Positions 38,951 through 53,520 are shown, numbered from the stretch's first letter. The stretch: 58,637 nucleotides of DNA from Octopus bimaculoides (GCF_001194135.2 NC_068993.1:2953400-3012036); one strand, 5' to 3'. The notes: generated from the sequence alone by a model not told the origin. Program-made: numbers and translations.

Positions 38951-40876
38951 TTAATGTGCTCCACCTGCGAACATAACACGCAATAACACTCCTGGATTGT
39001 ATTTAGAACCCCTGATCCCTCGGCCAATAAACCAACCATTACACCATTGAATTCAATGGTATTCTTAGAAATACTGAAACATTTAAGTGACTGAAGTGTT
39101 ACAGAATACAAATTGTGAATAAAAGAGACTCATATTTTTAACCTTTGTTAATTAGTGAGCAAATATTATTAATTATGTTAGTAATTTGTAAAATATATTT
39201 TATAATGCATTTGAAGTTGTATAAATCCATTGCTTGTTATTTTAAACATAAGTCTACTCAAATTACTCATTTCTCACAGGTGAGAAGATATGCCTGCACA
39301 AAATGTACATCAACATACTAGACTTAATGGGGGGTACTGTGGAGGCCAGGTGTACAGTCCTTTCTTTGAGACAAGAACCATAAAATAAAAATCTGAAAAA
39401 ATAAACATGATACCAAAGCTTATTTTAGCCAAACTAAAAAATAAAATAACCTCATCCATATGTCCATTGTCTAGGATGTTAAGTGCAGTCTTGGCAATCA
39501 AATTCTTCCATTTTGTTGTAATTTGAGATGGAAATATTTCTAAATTTTTACTAATGTTAATTTTTGACACATTCCTTCTCTACTTCGTAATTAATTCAGT
39601 ATTTTTTGTATCTTTAATTATAGATTGTACCAAAGCTAATCTACTCAAATGTTTTGATTTAGTCAAAAACAAAAGAAGGATAAATTTATTTACAAAAAAG
39701 AGAAAAAGATTCCAAGAAATGTAGTCCCTTGTTTTGCTAGGAATTTTATTTATTTATTTAGTTTTGCTGTTGATTCTTCATTTTTGGTAAAAAGACTGAA
39801 TATGTAATTATGTTCAATAAACTGTAGANNNNNNNNNNNNNNNNNNNNNNNNNNNNNNNNNNNNNNNNNNNNNNNNNNNNNNNNNNNNNNNNNNNNNNNN
39901 NNNNNNNNNNNNNNNNNNNNNNNNNNNNNNNNNNNNNNNNNNNNNNNNNNNNNNNNNNNNNNNNNNNNNNNNNNNNNNNNNNNNNNNNNNNNNNNNNNNN
40001 NNNNNNNNNNNNNNNNNNNNNNNNNNNNNNNNNNNNNNNNNNNNNNNNNNNNNNNNNNNNNNNNNNNNNNNNNNNNNNNNNNNNNNNNNNNNNNNNNNNN
40101 NNNNNNNNNNNNNNNNNNNNNNNNNNNNNNNNNNNNNNNNNNNNNNNNNNNNNNNNNNNNNNNNNNNNNNNNNNNNNNNNNNNNNNNNNNNNNNNNNNNN
40201 NNNNNNNNNNNNNNNNNNNNNNNNNNNNNNNNNNNNNNNNNNNNNNNNNNNNNNNNNNNNNNNNNNNNNNNNNNNNNNNNNNNNNNNNNNNNNNNNNNNN
40301 NNNNNNNNNNNNNNNNNNNNNNNNNNNNNNNNNNNNNNNNNNNNNNNNNNNNNNNNNNNNNNNNNNNNNNNNNNNNNNNNNNNNNNNNNNNNNNNNNNNN
40401 NNNNNNNNNNNNNNNNNNNNNNNNNNNNNNNNNNNNNNNNNNNNNNNNNNNNNNNNNNNNNNNNNNNNNNNNNNNNNNNNNNNNNNNNNNNNNNNNNNNN
40501 NNNNNNNNNNNNNNNNNNNNNNNNNNNNNNNNNNNNNNNNNNNNNNNNNNNNNNNNNNNNNNNNNNNNNNNNNNNNNNNNNNNNNNNNNNNNNNNNNNNN
40601 NNNNNNNNNNNNNNNNNNNNNNNNNNNNNNNNNNNNNNNNNNNNNNNNNNNNNNNNNNNNNNNNNNNNNNNNNNNNNNNNNNNNNNNNNNNNNNNNNNNN
40701 NNNNNNNNNNNNNNNNNNNNNNNNNNNNNNGCATATCTATCCATCTATATATCTATATGTATATACATATATATATCATATATGTGTATATATTTATATG
40801 CATATGTGTATATATATATATGCATATATATATATACATATATATATCATGTATATATGCATATATATTTATATGC

Positions 40877-40919
<43 letters not shown>

Positions 40920-41877
40920 GACACACACATATATATACGTTTACATATGTGTGTGTGTTTGTATGAAAATGTGTGTGCATGTGTATATGTAAATATATAT
41001 CTATACATATGCATGCAAATATATATAAATATGCGTATGTGCATACAAACATACACGCACACACGTTTATATAAACATAAAAAATCATATACACACACAC
41101 ACACACATATATATATACATATGCACATATGTGTATACATATATGTATATATACATGCATGTATACATATATATAGTTATGTACATGTTTTATATAAGAT
41201 TAATTTTACAGAGCACAAATAATTGTATAAGGCATGCTACACAAATGTTAGAGAAACAAATGAATAAATTCAGGTGACCCCCACTCCTCTACACCATTTC
41301 TGTTTGTCAGTAAAACTTCAATTCCCCTGAGATTTTCTTTTGTTATGAATTGCATCACTTTTAATTTTCTCTTTTCACATAATAAATGTCTTTTGTATTT
41401 TTCACATCTACACAGTCTCATTAAATTTTATATACTTCAATACGTTTTCACCTTCACATGTATTCTCTCTCAGAGTTCTGTTTGATATTATTATTATTAT
41501 TATTGTCGATTTTGTTGATGTTGCTTAGATACACAGAATTTCTGAGTGATCAGTTTGATAACCGAAAGCATTCCATTAATGACCATCCTGTCTCTCTAAT
41601 GTTTAGACTCATATACACTGAAACATACACGCAGATATATCCAAGAACAAATTATCCATAGTGAGCTTGCATGATATTACTTAAAGGAAATTTAGCTGCT
41701 CTTTCTAGCTGATTAAACATATTTTGCCTCCTTGTATAGACCCTGCTTTCTCCTTGCTCTAATTGTACAAATCCCATTCCTTCCTCACTAAACTCTTGGC
41801 CATCCAGAATTTCTGCCCTATCCATTTTCTTGTTTTTTTTTTTTGTTTTTTTCATTAATGTACAGGTATGGCATATA

Positions 41878-42045
41878 GGTGCAAGCATTTTTGTGTGGTT
41901 TAGAAGTTTGCTTCCTCACCACAAGGTTATGAGTTCAGCTCCAGTGCATGGCATCTTATGCCAGTGTCTCCTTCTATAGCCTGAAGCTGACTGAAGCCTT
42001 GTGAGTGGTTCTGCTAGATGGAAACTGAAAGAAGCCCACCATATG
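41878..42045 (+). mobile_element. tRNA-derived SINE (same family as 26772)
   Basis: tgtgtggtttagaagtttgcttcc...gagttcagctccagtgcatggcatc...gccttgtgagtgg...gatggaaactgaaagaagccc. Confidence 0.8.
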
Positions 42046-42408
42046 TGTGGATGTGTGTGTGTCTGTATGTTGGTATCGCCTTGTCTTGACAGTGCCTAAT
42101 AGATGTAAATGTTTATCACTCTCATACAAACATTGTCATTCATCTGTAATACTCTGCAAGATCACTAACATGTCTGGCCAGAGAAAAACATCTTCCTGCT
42201 TAAAAACAGGCGAAAGTCGTTGATAGGAAAGGCATCCAGCCATAGAAAATCCAACTCAAAATAATCTATGCATGGACATCAAACGATGATGATAAAGTAA
42301 TTTCATTGAATTTATCGGACTCCAAAGATGTAAAAACGTCCTGGGTATCAGCCTAATGGAAGCAACCAGATCAAGAGAGTCATTTCCACCCTTTTACAAG
42401 ACACATAC

Positions 42409-42488
42409 TCTATTATGGTCTGATGTCTTTGTTGTTCCACTGATTTGGTGGTCATTGACACAGTTTATATTGCCGAGAAAGTTCGTCA
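42409..42488 (-). CDS. candidate internal coding exon (TNFLGNINCVNDHQISGTTKTSDHNR)
   Basis: acceptor ttttcattttgtcag, donor AGA|gtatgt, one open frame; no homology recognised. Confidence 0.25.
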
Positions 42489-43305
42489 CTGACAAAATGA
42501 AAATTGGGCAACGAAATTTCTGACTTTTCCATAAATGAATGAAAATATATAAAAACCTAATAGAATGGGGTTTTGATGGTTGAAATGACATTAAATTAAA
42601 TTGATAATAAAAGAATAATAAACTGTTTGTGTGCTAACTGTAAGGTTTATTGAAAAAGAAGACAAATAGAGGACCACTGCGACCATGATAACCAACTCCA
42701 CTGCTAACAACAACAACAATGTAATCAGTTGAAACCACACAGAAAAGTAGAAACTTGTGTTGTGAGGATAACACAAAACCTGGGTATTGAGTGTGGTTTA
42801 TTTATGTATTTTTGTCCCTCAAAAGAGTTTTTGCTGGAGATAAAAATCTGTATTTGTGAGCAAAAAAAAAAGAAGCAAAATGAAACAACAATGATTTAAA
42901 CAAAACAGAAAATAATAACAACAACAACAATAATAATAAAAGCAACTATAAAACAAACTAACAATAAGATTGTTTATATACTCATAGCAACTTAGGGATA
43001 GATGAGTCGTGTGTATGGAAATGCATACATAGTGTATGTGTATGTATACACACACACTCACACACATATACATACATACATGCACATCTATGTATGTATA
43101 CCTGCATACACAGTATGCATGTTTGTGTGTATGTCTATTTAAATATACATACATATATGTATACATACCTGTATATATAATGTGTGTGCATGTGTGTGTA
43201 TATACATGTATGTATTATATATATATATATATTAATAAGCATATATAAACATACATACATGCATGTGTGTGTGTGTGTGTGTGTGTCTGAGCATGNNNNN
43301 NNNNN

Positions 43306-43371
<66 letters not shown>

Positions 43372-43940
43372 GTATGTATGTATTTATAAGGGAGTGTTGC
43401 TGTATTGCTGGGTTCACTTGGTACTTTGAATGAAAACTAAAGGATGTTTACCATGGATGACTTTATTCAAATGCAACGATAATATTATTTCCGTGGCTAA
43501 ACCCCCATCGCCCTTCACCGTTGGGTGTTGTGTGGTTTATTGCAGCAGGTCACAACATGTATGACAGTTAATTCAATTTGACATACATCTCGCATGAAAG
43601 GGAAGATGGGACGAAATGCAAACAGGTAGGAACTGAAACAAGTTCAGGTAAATCGAAACATGTTATAACACAACATTAGCTCCCTGAAATATTTATGTCT
43701 CCTTTATTTATGTTTATTTTGTGTGTGTTTGATATGTGTTTAGTGTTTTTATTGTCTATAAAACTGGCGCTAAGTGGTTGCAGGTATTGATATAAATCTT
43801 TCAAGAGAGAATAAACGGCAGTCAGTAGGCATCGATTTGCCATATATTACCGTAAAATGCTTCATTACAATGCATACACAAATGCATACATACACACATA
43901 CATATACATACATATATACATATATGTATATGTACATACA

Positions 43941-43996
<56 letters not shown>

Positions 43997-44504
43997 TGTA
44001 GGTATATATATGTGTGTTGATGTGTATGTATGTATACACAAAGGAATATAAAACTCTTGTGATGTAGACTGATGATTTGATCAAGAACAATAGCCAGGAC
44101 AAAGCAGTATTATAGATGTAAATGTTGCTAACGTGCTGACTTAGTTATGCAGTAATCCTGTGGATTGTCAGATTTGTTAGAGAATTACGAAAAGTACCAT
44201 GTCCATTATTCAGTGAGTTTAAGAAGTTTGCTTTACTTTTCAACCAATTCATTTTGGGGACAGTGTCACAGTGCAGTATCTTGGGCAAGGGTGTTCTTCT
44301 ACAGACTCAGTCTCACCAATGCCTAGTGAATAGATTTGATAGATGGAAACTGAAAGAATCCCTTAAAATATATGTGTGTGCATATATATATCATCATCAT
44401 CACCGTTTAACATCTGCTTTCCATGCTGGCATGGGTTGCACGGTTTAAATGAGGACTGGCAAGCCAGGAGGCTGCACCAGGCTCCACTCTAATCTGGCTT
44501 TTCA

Positions 44505-45255
44505 TAGTGATCCTCTCAGATATGCCCTCGCTAGCTATGCAAGTGACACAATAGTCTCGCAGAAAATACAAAACCCTGTCGATGTTGCACGCCTTCAGCA
44601 GAAGTTGGATGCAATTTGCAGATGGGCTGAGGACAATAATATGCAGTTTAATGCAGGAAATTTCAAGTCCTCAGCTACCACCCAAAATTGAACAACATCA
44701 TATAGGGTACACTGGCCCAGGAGGATTACAATCCCAGAACCTAAATCAGCACATGACCTGGATATCAACGTGAGTGATGATACCTCTTTCCAAGTGCACA
44801 TTTCTAAGACGATGACAAAATGCAGACGACTGGCTGGCTGGATGGGTCCTGTAAACCTTCAGAACCAGAGGAAAGGATACCATGATGGTCCTCTGGAGGA
44901 CATTAGTACTCAGCCATTTGGATTAATGCTCCCAACTATGGTCACCACACAGTGTATAATTAACAGCAGACCTTGAAGCAATCCAGCGAAGCTACACAAA
45001 GATCATTGCATTGCAACAACTCAGAATAGGTCACCACTGCACAGTGCCAAAGATCCCAACACTGACTTTGTGTTTCAGGACCAATTACTACAACAGCCTG
45101 GGTTTCAAGGGCCAACCACTTTTTACTATTCTCCCAAAGAGCCCGAGGGAACTACACAAAGTGGATGCAGGTGTTTTCAAAACAAAACTGGATCTCTTTC
45201 TGTTAAGAAAACCAGATGAACCTGCCTTGTGGCAGGAGGTGCAAACGAGGGCAGT
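44505..45255 (+). pseudogene. CR1-like LINE ORF2 3' region (RT motif C to C-terminus), decayed
   Basis: YASDTIVSQKIQNPVDVARLQQKLDAICRWAEDNNMQFNAG(K)...DLDINVSDDTSFQVHISK...KCRRLAGW...HLD-CSQLWSP...LEAIQRSYTK...NSLGFKGQPLFTILPK...FKTKLDLFL...PDEP, with frameshifts and stops. Confidence 0.9.
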
Positions 45256-46519
45256 AACATATGTATGTCTAAACAAGTCTTACAACATTAATACATATAC
45301 GACAGTTGTACAACTGTTCCTAACTAAATACAATATTTTTACAACTAACCCTAAACCTAAATATGTTCTGTTAACCTGCACAGTCAGTCCTCCACAAATT
45401 TTTATCCTAAGTTTATTTAGATGAATTCTGGTGTCATATTGAAGTAGCCAATCAGCATTAGAGATGTCACATGACCAACTTGTTTCCTACAGAACTTGAT
45501 TCCCTCTTAAATGTCATACTCTAACAAGTTCTTTATTGGACTCTTAATATGTGATGCAGTTAACAACTTTTATTTTGTTTGTGAGTGTGTTTTTTTAATA
45601 AAACTCCATGGAACACCAATATACTATTTCCTCACCTTTCTCTTTTTATAATTTAATTCTTTACTGTTCAATTTCTCTCATTCCCCCAGATTAAATTTTT
45701 ATGATATATTTTCAATTTTTAAGCCAGAGGTTGTAAAAAGAAATAATAAAATATATTTCTTCCCCCTTTATTTTTTCTTTTTAGAATATGTGTTTTACAC
45801 ATATATATTTTGAAACCAATGGCTGCGAAAACAAAATAAAAAAAATGTTTTATAACAGTTTTGGTTTAGAGGAAATGTATAATAAATGTAATATAACACT
45901 TTGACTGCAGCTACACATTTAATAGTTTGAATGTGTTCCTATGAAGATTTGCTAAAGACAACATAGGAACACTTAGTCATTTCATCAATAATAAATATAA
46001 AGTAACACAATCACACATCTGTACTCTCAGGCACTGACAAATTCATGATGGGTATACACATTTAAGCTGACAAACACATGTCCATATATACATGTACACA
46101 CACACACAGATATCTATCTATATAAGTGTGGGTGTATATATATATATATATATATATATACACTTACAGGTATGCATGTGCTCATGTGTATGTATGTATA
46201 TGTGTAAAGAATGTATAGTAATTCATATATGTCCATTTAACAGTACGAATGCTTCGGACACACTAACCAAGAAATACTAAGACATGCATTTCTTCTTTCT
46301 ATCTCTCTCTCTCAACCTTTCTGTCTCCCTGTCTCACTCTCATTCTCTCGATGTGTGTAACAAAGTGTCTGTGCATATATATATATATATATATATACAT
46401 ATATGTATGTGTGTGTGTGTGTATATGTATATATATATATTAATTCATTTATTCATTTCTCTCTATCCCTCTATCTGTGTATGTGTTTATGTATGTTTAT
46501 ATATATACACACACAAATA

Positions 46520-46556
<37 letters not shown>

Positions 46557-47504
46557 CATACACACATATANNNNNNNNNNNNNNNNNNNNNNNNNNNNNN
46601 NNNNNNNNNNNNNNNNNNNNNNNNNNNNNNNNNNNNNNNNNNNNNNNNNNNNNNNNNNNNNNNNNNNNNNNNNNNNNNNNNNNNNNNNNNNNNNNNNNNN
46701 NNNNNNNNNNNNNNNNNNNNNNNNNNNNNNNNNNNNNNNNNNNNNNNNNNNNNNNNNNNNNNNNNNNNNNNNNNNNNNNNNNNNNNNNNNNNNNNNNNNN
46801 NNNNNNNNNNNNNNNNNNNNNNNNNNNNNNNNNNNNNNNNNNNNNNNNNNNNNNNNNNNNNNNNNNNNNNNNNNNNNNNNNNNNNNNNNNNNNNNNNNNN
46901 NNNNNNNNNNNNNNNNNNNNNNNNNNNNNNNNNNNNNNNNNNNNNNNNNNNNNNNNNNNNNNNNNNNNNNNNNNNNNNNNNNNNNNNNNNNNNNNNNNNN
47001 NNNNNNNNNTAAACATGTATATACATATATATATATGTAGATATATATATTGATATATATATATATATAAACATAAACATGTATATACATATATATATAT
47101 GTAGATATATATATTGATATATATATATATATATTTATATATACATATTTATCTATCTATACACGCACACACACACACACATGTATGTATGACGATATTT
47201 GTATGCATCTGTATGTAGATACATCTTTTTTTGCAATATATTTTGAAGCCATTCATTTTTTCCATTTATTTAGCAGTAAATGACATCAATATAAATCCTT
47301 CAAGTAGTTCCCACAATGCTATTCTCAGATGATTGAAATGGCAAATGAAAAAAACAAAATATATAAAAGTGAAATAGAAAAAAAAAAAAAAGTAAAATGA
47401 AAAATAACCAAAACCACAAAATTAAGCTACGAACATTTTGTATGTAAATAATAAGTCATCTAGTTTAGTGATACCTAAATATGTATCTGTGTGTGTGTGT
47501 GTGT

Positions 47505-47770
47505 GATAGCTTGTGGCCTAGTGGCTAAAGGTGTTGCAATCACAACCGTGAGATCATGGTTTCAATTCTCAGAATGGCTGTGCATTGCGTTCTTGGGCAA
47601 AACACTTCATAATATGTTGCTCTTGTTCACTCAGCTGTGAATGGGTAATATTACAACCGGCTTTTGAATCAGGGGGAATGTTGACCTGCTCCACCTAACC
47701 AGAAGGGTGAGGCACCACTTAAAAGCAAAAACAACGCAAAGTGCACTGTGGCCAGTGATGTATATCAACA
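47505..47770 (+). mobile_element. tRNA-derived SINE with a V-domain-like middle, degenerate
   Basis: gtggcctagtggctaaaggtg...ggtttcaattctc...gttcttgggcaaaacac...ttcactcagctgtgaatggg. Confidence 0.7.
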
Positions 47771-47794
47771 TCTGATAGTGTGGTTGATAGTTTG

Positions 47795-47871
<77 letters not shown>

Positions 47872-47912
47872 TAAGTATATCTTTATATATATATATATGT
47901 ATATATATTTAT

Positions 47913-48035
47913 GTTCTTTTACTTGTCTCAGTCATTTAACTGTGGCCATGCTGGAGCACCGCCTTTTAGTCAGAGAAATCGGCCCCTGGACTTATTCTTT
48001 GTTAGCCTGGTGCTTATTATATCGGTCTCTGAAAG
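47913..48035 (-). mobile_element. SINE 3' part (same family as 33411)
   Basis: ttcttttacttgtctcagtcatttaactgtggccatgctggagcaccgcc...ggacttattctttgttagcctgg. Confidence 0.85.
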
Positions 48036-48519
48036 ATGCCAATTTATTACATTCAGAAATCTGTCTCTTAGACAATGACTTATTCTTCAGCAGTGATTAT
48101 GGTGCTTGTCTGGTCATTAATATTCTGCTTCTGTTTTGTTGCTGTGATACCTGGCTGTTCTTTAACACTGCAGTGTATTTCTGGTAGAAATACTAGCCAT
48201 TCTAAGTAGCTGCAGCAGTGGCATGTAAAATCAGACAAGTATATCATTAACAGGAATTGATGTCTTCAACTGTTTCAGGCGTTATAAATTTGTGAGAGAT
48301 TTATTCTTCTACAATTACTTATATAAGGATGTTGTTTCCCTGCATTACAATTCCTCAATAAGTCACATCTCTCTCATACAACAAATGTCATTAAATCTTA
48401 ACAATGCTTTAATGATGAACTGAAATAAAACTTAGAGAAGGAAAAAAATTCAACGAAAATGAGTCATAATTGCTCCTAGAAAAACATCCCATATTTATAT
48501 TGTATAAATAATTCTAATT

Positions 48520-48625
48520 TCAGCAAAGGGACAGCAATTTTTATGGGAGAAACTAAGTCAATTACATTGACCCAAGTATTTGACTGGTACTTTATTTTAT
48601 CAGCCTTGAAAGATGAAAGGCAAAG
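48520..48625 (-). mobile_element. SINE central fragment (same family as 35929)
   Basis: reverse complement ctttgcctttcatctttcaaggctgataaaataaagtaccagtcaaatacttgggtcaatgtaattgac. Confidence 0.75.
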
Positions 48626-48973
48626 CTGGAAAAAGAAATTGTAAGTAAAAAGTATTGTGTTATTACTTGTCCTATACTCAAATAGAAATCCAAACACCTC
48701 AAGAAACTCCGGGTATAGCTGGAAAATGAGCACATTTATTAAGAAGACATGTATGTCATTAATATCATACATTTACCTTGCTATGAGGTTACATGTACTT
48801 TTAAATTTCACAAAATATCCTGACAGTATATAACTCACGTTTTAAAATGTTATGTTAGAGTATAACGCATTCAGACAAATTGATAAGTGAAAATACAAAA
48901 TAAATTTTAAGAAAATAAATCAATGCAATTTATTTCTATATCATCATCATCATCATCATCCACATTTCTTTAG

Positions 48974-49008
<35 letters not shown>

Positions 49009-50408
49009 CCACTCACATTTCTTCATCATGATCATCATCATATTATCATATCATCATGGTCATTCATTTTTTGCAAATGAACTAAAAGACAAAAGTATGC
49101 ATGATTTATATTTGTTCAACTACTAATGTAGTAACTTTACCTTTTGGATGTTTAAGCATTCTCTATGTCAAGTATATTCTCCATTTGATGGATGGCGGTT
49201 TCTGTTAGCTTCAAGTTAAAGTAAAAAAAAAAAAAAATACTGCTCGTAAATATATAACTATACAGTTAGGATAGAATGATGAATGCAAGATCAAATTATT
49301 AAATTACTTATTGATATAATGAAAAACTAAATTTCATCATGTTTAAACAGAGTGAATTAAATAAGTAACAAGACCTGACACCCACAGATTTATTCTCACA
49401 AGAAGAAACTGCAGTCTATGAATAAAGTGTATGCATATGTTTGCAGGTATGTATGAGTATAAAAATGTAAACAAAATTTCTGTCAATATTCCTGCAAATG
49501 TATATGCAAATACAAATAACCTCACATGATTTTATCTATCAGTAGATATATGTGTTATATATGCATGTATATAACTAAATTCAATTATTAGAATGTAAAA
49601 TATTTTGAGGCATATACATTAAAATATAATCTAGTATTTAAACATATACCAACAAGGCATAGCAGATTCACATAGATTTGCATTTAAGGAATATATTTCT
49701 CACAAAAGGATTCCATAAAACATAAATTAATACTTAGAGTAAAGAATTTGTTTAATTGAAAAATATATAAAAAATTTTAAGTCTTCGAGAAAATTCACAC
49801 ATCTCAAAATATATGCAGAAAAATACTAAATTTTCTGTAGCAGGGCATAATATGTTTTTGCAAATGTGCTGCACTCTTTGAAGAAATGCAAAGTGCAGCC
49901 TGAAGCTTCGGCAATCGGACAAAGGAGAGGGTAATACAGCATCATCCACACACATAAGTTAGATTAAAGTCACTTACACTTAGCAGAAAAATGAAACCTT
50001 CTAAAAATTCAAATTTCTCAAAATTACAACAAGTCATTACATTATTGAGTAGTTCAACAATATAATAAATATAATAAATAATATATAAAACTGATCAACA
50101 GCTATATTTTACAAAATACATCACGAATACATTTTAAGGCAAAAAGTTTTACAAGAGAGTGCAGTGAACTAGTGAAGTGCTCTATAACATAAGAGGATAT
50201 GTAGATTAAATTAATATTTGTTAAATGCATTTACCTCAAAATTTTCTTTTCTATTCATTAAGGTTTTAATTTTTAATCATTACTAAAATATGTAGCACTG
50301 AATCCAGTTCATTTAACATTCCTATTGACATTTTGCCTGAAAATACATATATATATACACACATTATATATGTACGTGTGTATGTATGTATATCTATCTA
50401 TCTGTGTG

Positions 50409-50451
<43 letters not shown>

Positions 50452-52356
50452 GTGTGTGGGTGTGTGTAGATATATACACGCACACAATTTCTAATCTATA
50501 ACTATGCTTGAATAGACCAGCACTAAAAACAAAACTAAACAAGAAGCAAACTTGCAATTCATAAAAATAGATTTTTGGAAAGACAAATATCAAGAAAAAT
50601 GCCAAGTCTGTTTTACTTATTCAAATTCTTCAATTTGTAGTTTTATTGTTTGTCCACTGTATATGTTTAACTGTCATGAAGGTGATTTGTATATGTTTAC
50701 CGAGATGTATATTTAGAGATAATTTAATTTATAATAAACTCTATTGAAATCTCTCATTTATAACTAGATGACATGAGAAGAAATATAGTTGTTGGCAGTT
50801 AATATACACACTAAATAAGACCATCAAAATTAATGGTATTGTACTTTCAGTATTCACTTTGTTAATGGGACTAAAAAAATATTGCAATCATCTGAGAATT
50901 CTAGTTGTTGATTTTTAAATTGTCCTTTTGAAATATTAATATTTCTGTCTTTCTCACAACCAGAACATCTGGTAGTTGCTTGTCTGTCTGTGAGTCTGTT
51001 CACTAGCTGTCTGCGTATTTGTCTCTGAGATTCAGCGCTTGTTAATATGTCTCTACTTTTCTCCGTCTCACCACACTCAACTTTTCATTCTGTGTTTATT
51101 TGTAGGCCAACTATTCAATCAGCAATTCTGCTAAAATATTTATCTTTTTAATTTATCCAACTGTCAGTCAATGAATCAATCTATCTATCCACTAAACCCC
51201 TCCACCAACTCTCTCATGTATGTATAAGTATATGTACTTGTGTGTGTGTGTGTGTATATATACATATATATACGTTTCATACACACACACAAACATGTAA
51301 TTTAGTTTATTCTTACAAGTTGCTGCAATTTGTTCCACCTTTTTTTTACTGCCTTATCAGAAAAATCTGATAAAGTTCTAAAAATGCTGAAACAAATTAC
51401 TCGTATGAAAGTCTCAACCAAATTAATTATACATTCTCTGTTCTAAGCATGCTTCAAGTTCTTTGTTTGGATTAGGGATACCCTAGTTTCATGATTACTC
51501 AGCTTAAGATGAATGTGTGTGTGTGTGTGTGTGTGTGTGAGTAAGTATCACGAGCATCGTCATCGCTCTGACACGCACTTTTCTGTACCTGGACGGGTCA
51601 GCATTTATTGAGACAGATTTTCTATGACCATTTGTCAATCCTTACCTGATTCCAAATAAGGTGATATTTCCCTGAGGCCAGACATGTTTTTGCAGAATAT
51701 TGGAATTACATATTGACAAAAATAAAAATCATTAAACAACACTTAGCTTACATTAAAAATAACAAGCTTCATTGCTGTCAGGTATTTGATGGTGCATCAT
51801 ACTGAAGAGATAATAATTTGACAAATATTTACATGTGACTAAATGAATATATATTAACGCATACGACAAATGAATATGTGAATGTATCATGCATCTTCTA
51901 AGGTTTATTTAGTTCAATGGTTGAACCAACAAAATTCCAATGTATTTACAAATATTTTTTCTTACATATTGTCACACTGCTTCTATTTTTCAATCATTTC
52001 TATAATTAATAAGTCACATGAAACTAGAAGTAAAAATTTCAGAAACTTAGGAGATTCTATCTTTTATACATGCGTGTATACGTGTACGCCTAAGTATACA
52101 TATGTGTGTGTGTGCATATATAATCATACATACATACATATACTTAAATTCTTGGCTATACCTACCTATATGTACACTGATACACACACACACACACATA
52201 CAAGCACACACACACACATATACACATATGCACAAACACATATACACACATATATGCACATGTACACACACATATACATGCATATACATGCATACACACG
52301 CACATGCATGCACACACAGACAGGCACACACAATATATTTAAGAATGTAACATACG

Positions 52357-52572
52357 TTCTTTTCTAGGCACAGGGCCCGAAATTTTGGGGAGGAATTTTG
52401 GCCAGCCGATTAGATCAACCCCAGTATGCAACTGGTACTTAATATATCAACCTCTGAATGGATGAAAGGCAAAGTTGACCTCGGCAGAATTTAAACTCAG
52501 AACGTAAAGTCAGATAAAATACCACTAAGCATTTCACCCAGCATGCTAACGTTTCTGCCAGCTCACCAACTT
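52357..52572 (-). mobile_element. near full-length SINE (same family as 35929)
   Basis: reverse complement ggtgagctggcagaaacgttagcatgctggg...gagtttaaattctgccgaggtcaactttgcctttcatcc...taagtaccagttgcatactggggttgatc...gggccctgtgcctagaaaagaa. Confidence 0.9.
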
Positions 52573-52944
52573 GAATGTAACATACATTAAAAACTGAATG
52601 TCTGTGTTGCTTCTCAGGTTCAATTTGACTGACAATGGTTCATTTTCTTTTAGCATGACATTTAAGTAACTGGGAGTGCAAAAGTCCTTCATGAATGAGA
52701 CATCAGTTTATTGTTGGTTTATGGATCAATGGATTGCTACTGGGTTAATCCACAGCTGTTACTGTAGTCCGTCTTCTGCTGAGAGGACGCATAGAATATG
52801 AACGGAAGAGTCCTGAGCAAGGACAAAATACACTGACTACTTGGTGAATTGAACCCATGACCTAAGGCTCATGAACCTAATACCCAAACCACAAAGCCAA
52901 TATGCTTACACATATATCATATAGGTGCTTACATACACACATGC

Positions 52945-52979
<35 letters not shown>

Positions 52980-53005
52980 TACATACGTACAAACACACAT
53001 ACATG

Positions 53006-53039
<34 letters not shown>

Positions 53040-53060
53040 TATGTATATATATACACACAC

Positions 53061-53122
<62 letters not shown>

Positions 53123-53520
53123 ATACATATGAACTTACATGCACACAAACACATACAGAGACACATATGAATAGATAGATCATTATCAATAGATAGATTG
53201 AGGGAGAGAGATATAGATAAATTTATATAGACATATGTAAACACACACATTCATGACACACACACACACACATAGGTTTGTATATATAGTCATATAATTA
53301 TATATACACTCATAATGTTTGTGTGTATTATATGAATTAATCTGAAATTACATAAATATTAATTCATCTCGAAACAGGAAATGGCCACAGTTTTTTAGCT
53401 TTCATGTGAAACTTCTTGCAATGGTTGCAGCAGAACGCATTATTACACCCACCCACAAATACACATACACAGTTACACACACATACAGACATATATACAC
53501 ATATACATACACATATAATG

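Larger units (their letters stand above)
37116..39828. repeat. long inverted repeat: arms about 37116-37705 and 39262-39828 (right arm runs into a gap)
   Basis: near-identical pseudo-ORFs on opposite strands (37394+ and 39570-); ctacagtttattgaacataattac at 37117 is the reverse complement of the sequence just before the 39829 gap. Confidence 0.92.

Noticed and set aside
37394-39570. Paired ORFs MSKINISKNLEIFPSQ... on opposite strands
   Set aside because: A by-product of the inverted repeat; AT-rich, with no recognisable domain or splice support.
41652-41825. ORF MDRAEILDGQEFSEEGMG...
   Set aside because: Purine-rich low-complexity sequence overlapping a SINE-tail-like fragment; no splice or homology support.
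47010-47135. Perfect tandem duplicate of about 65 bp next to a gap
   Set aside because: Identical low-complexity copies at a contig edge; likely an assembly artefact.
48669-48720. Exon-like segment (LYPEFLEVFGFLFEYRT and alternatives)
   Set aside because: Equally plausible frames and splice sites exist on both strands, and the rest of the ORF is SINE-derived; undecidable.
49830-49950. Open frames on both strands (QGIICFCKCAALFEEMQSAA* and MMLYYPLLCPIAEASG...)
   Set aside because: Short, mutually antisense and unrecognised; cannot choose between them without expression data.
52745-52795. Possible further hammerhead relic on the minus strand (CAGAAGA...GTAA cagctg)
   Set aside because: Both core boxes are mutated and stem I does not pair; too degenerate to support.
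53375-53455. KLLAMVAAERII resembling GPCR TM3
   Set aside because: No splice sites; it runs directly into microsatellite and no other GPCR segments were found.
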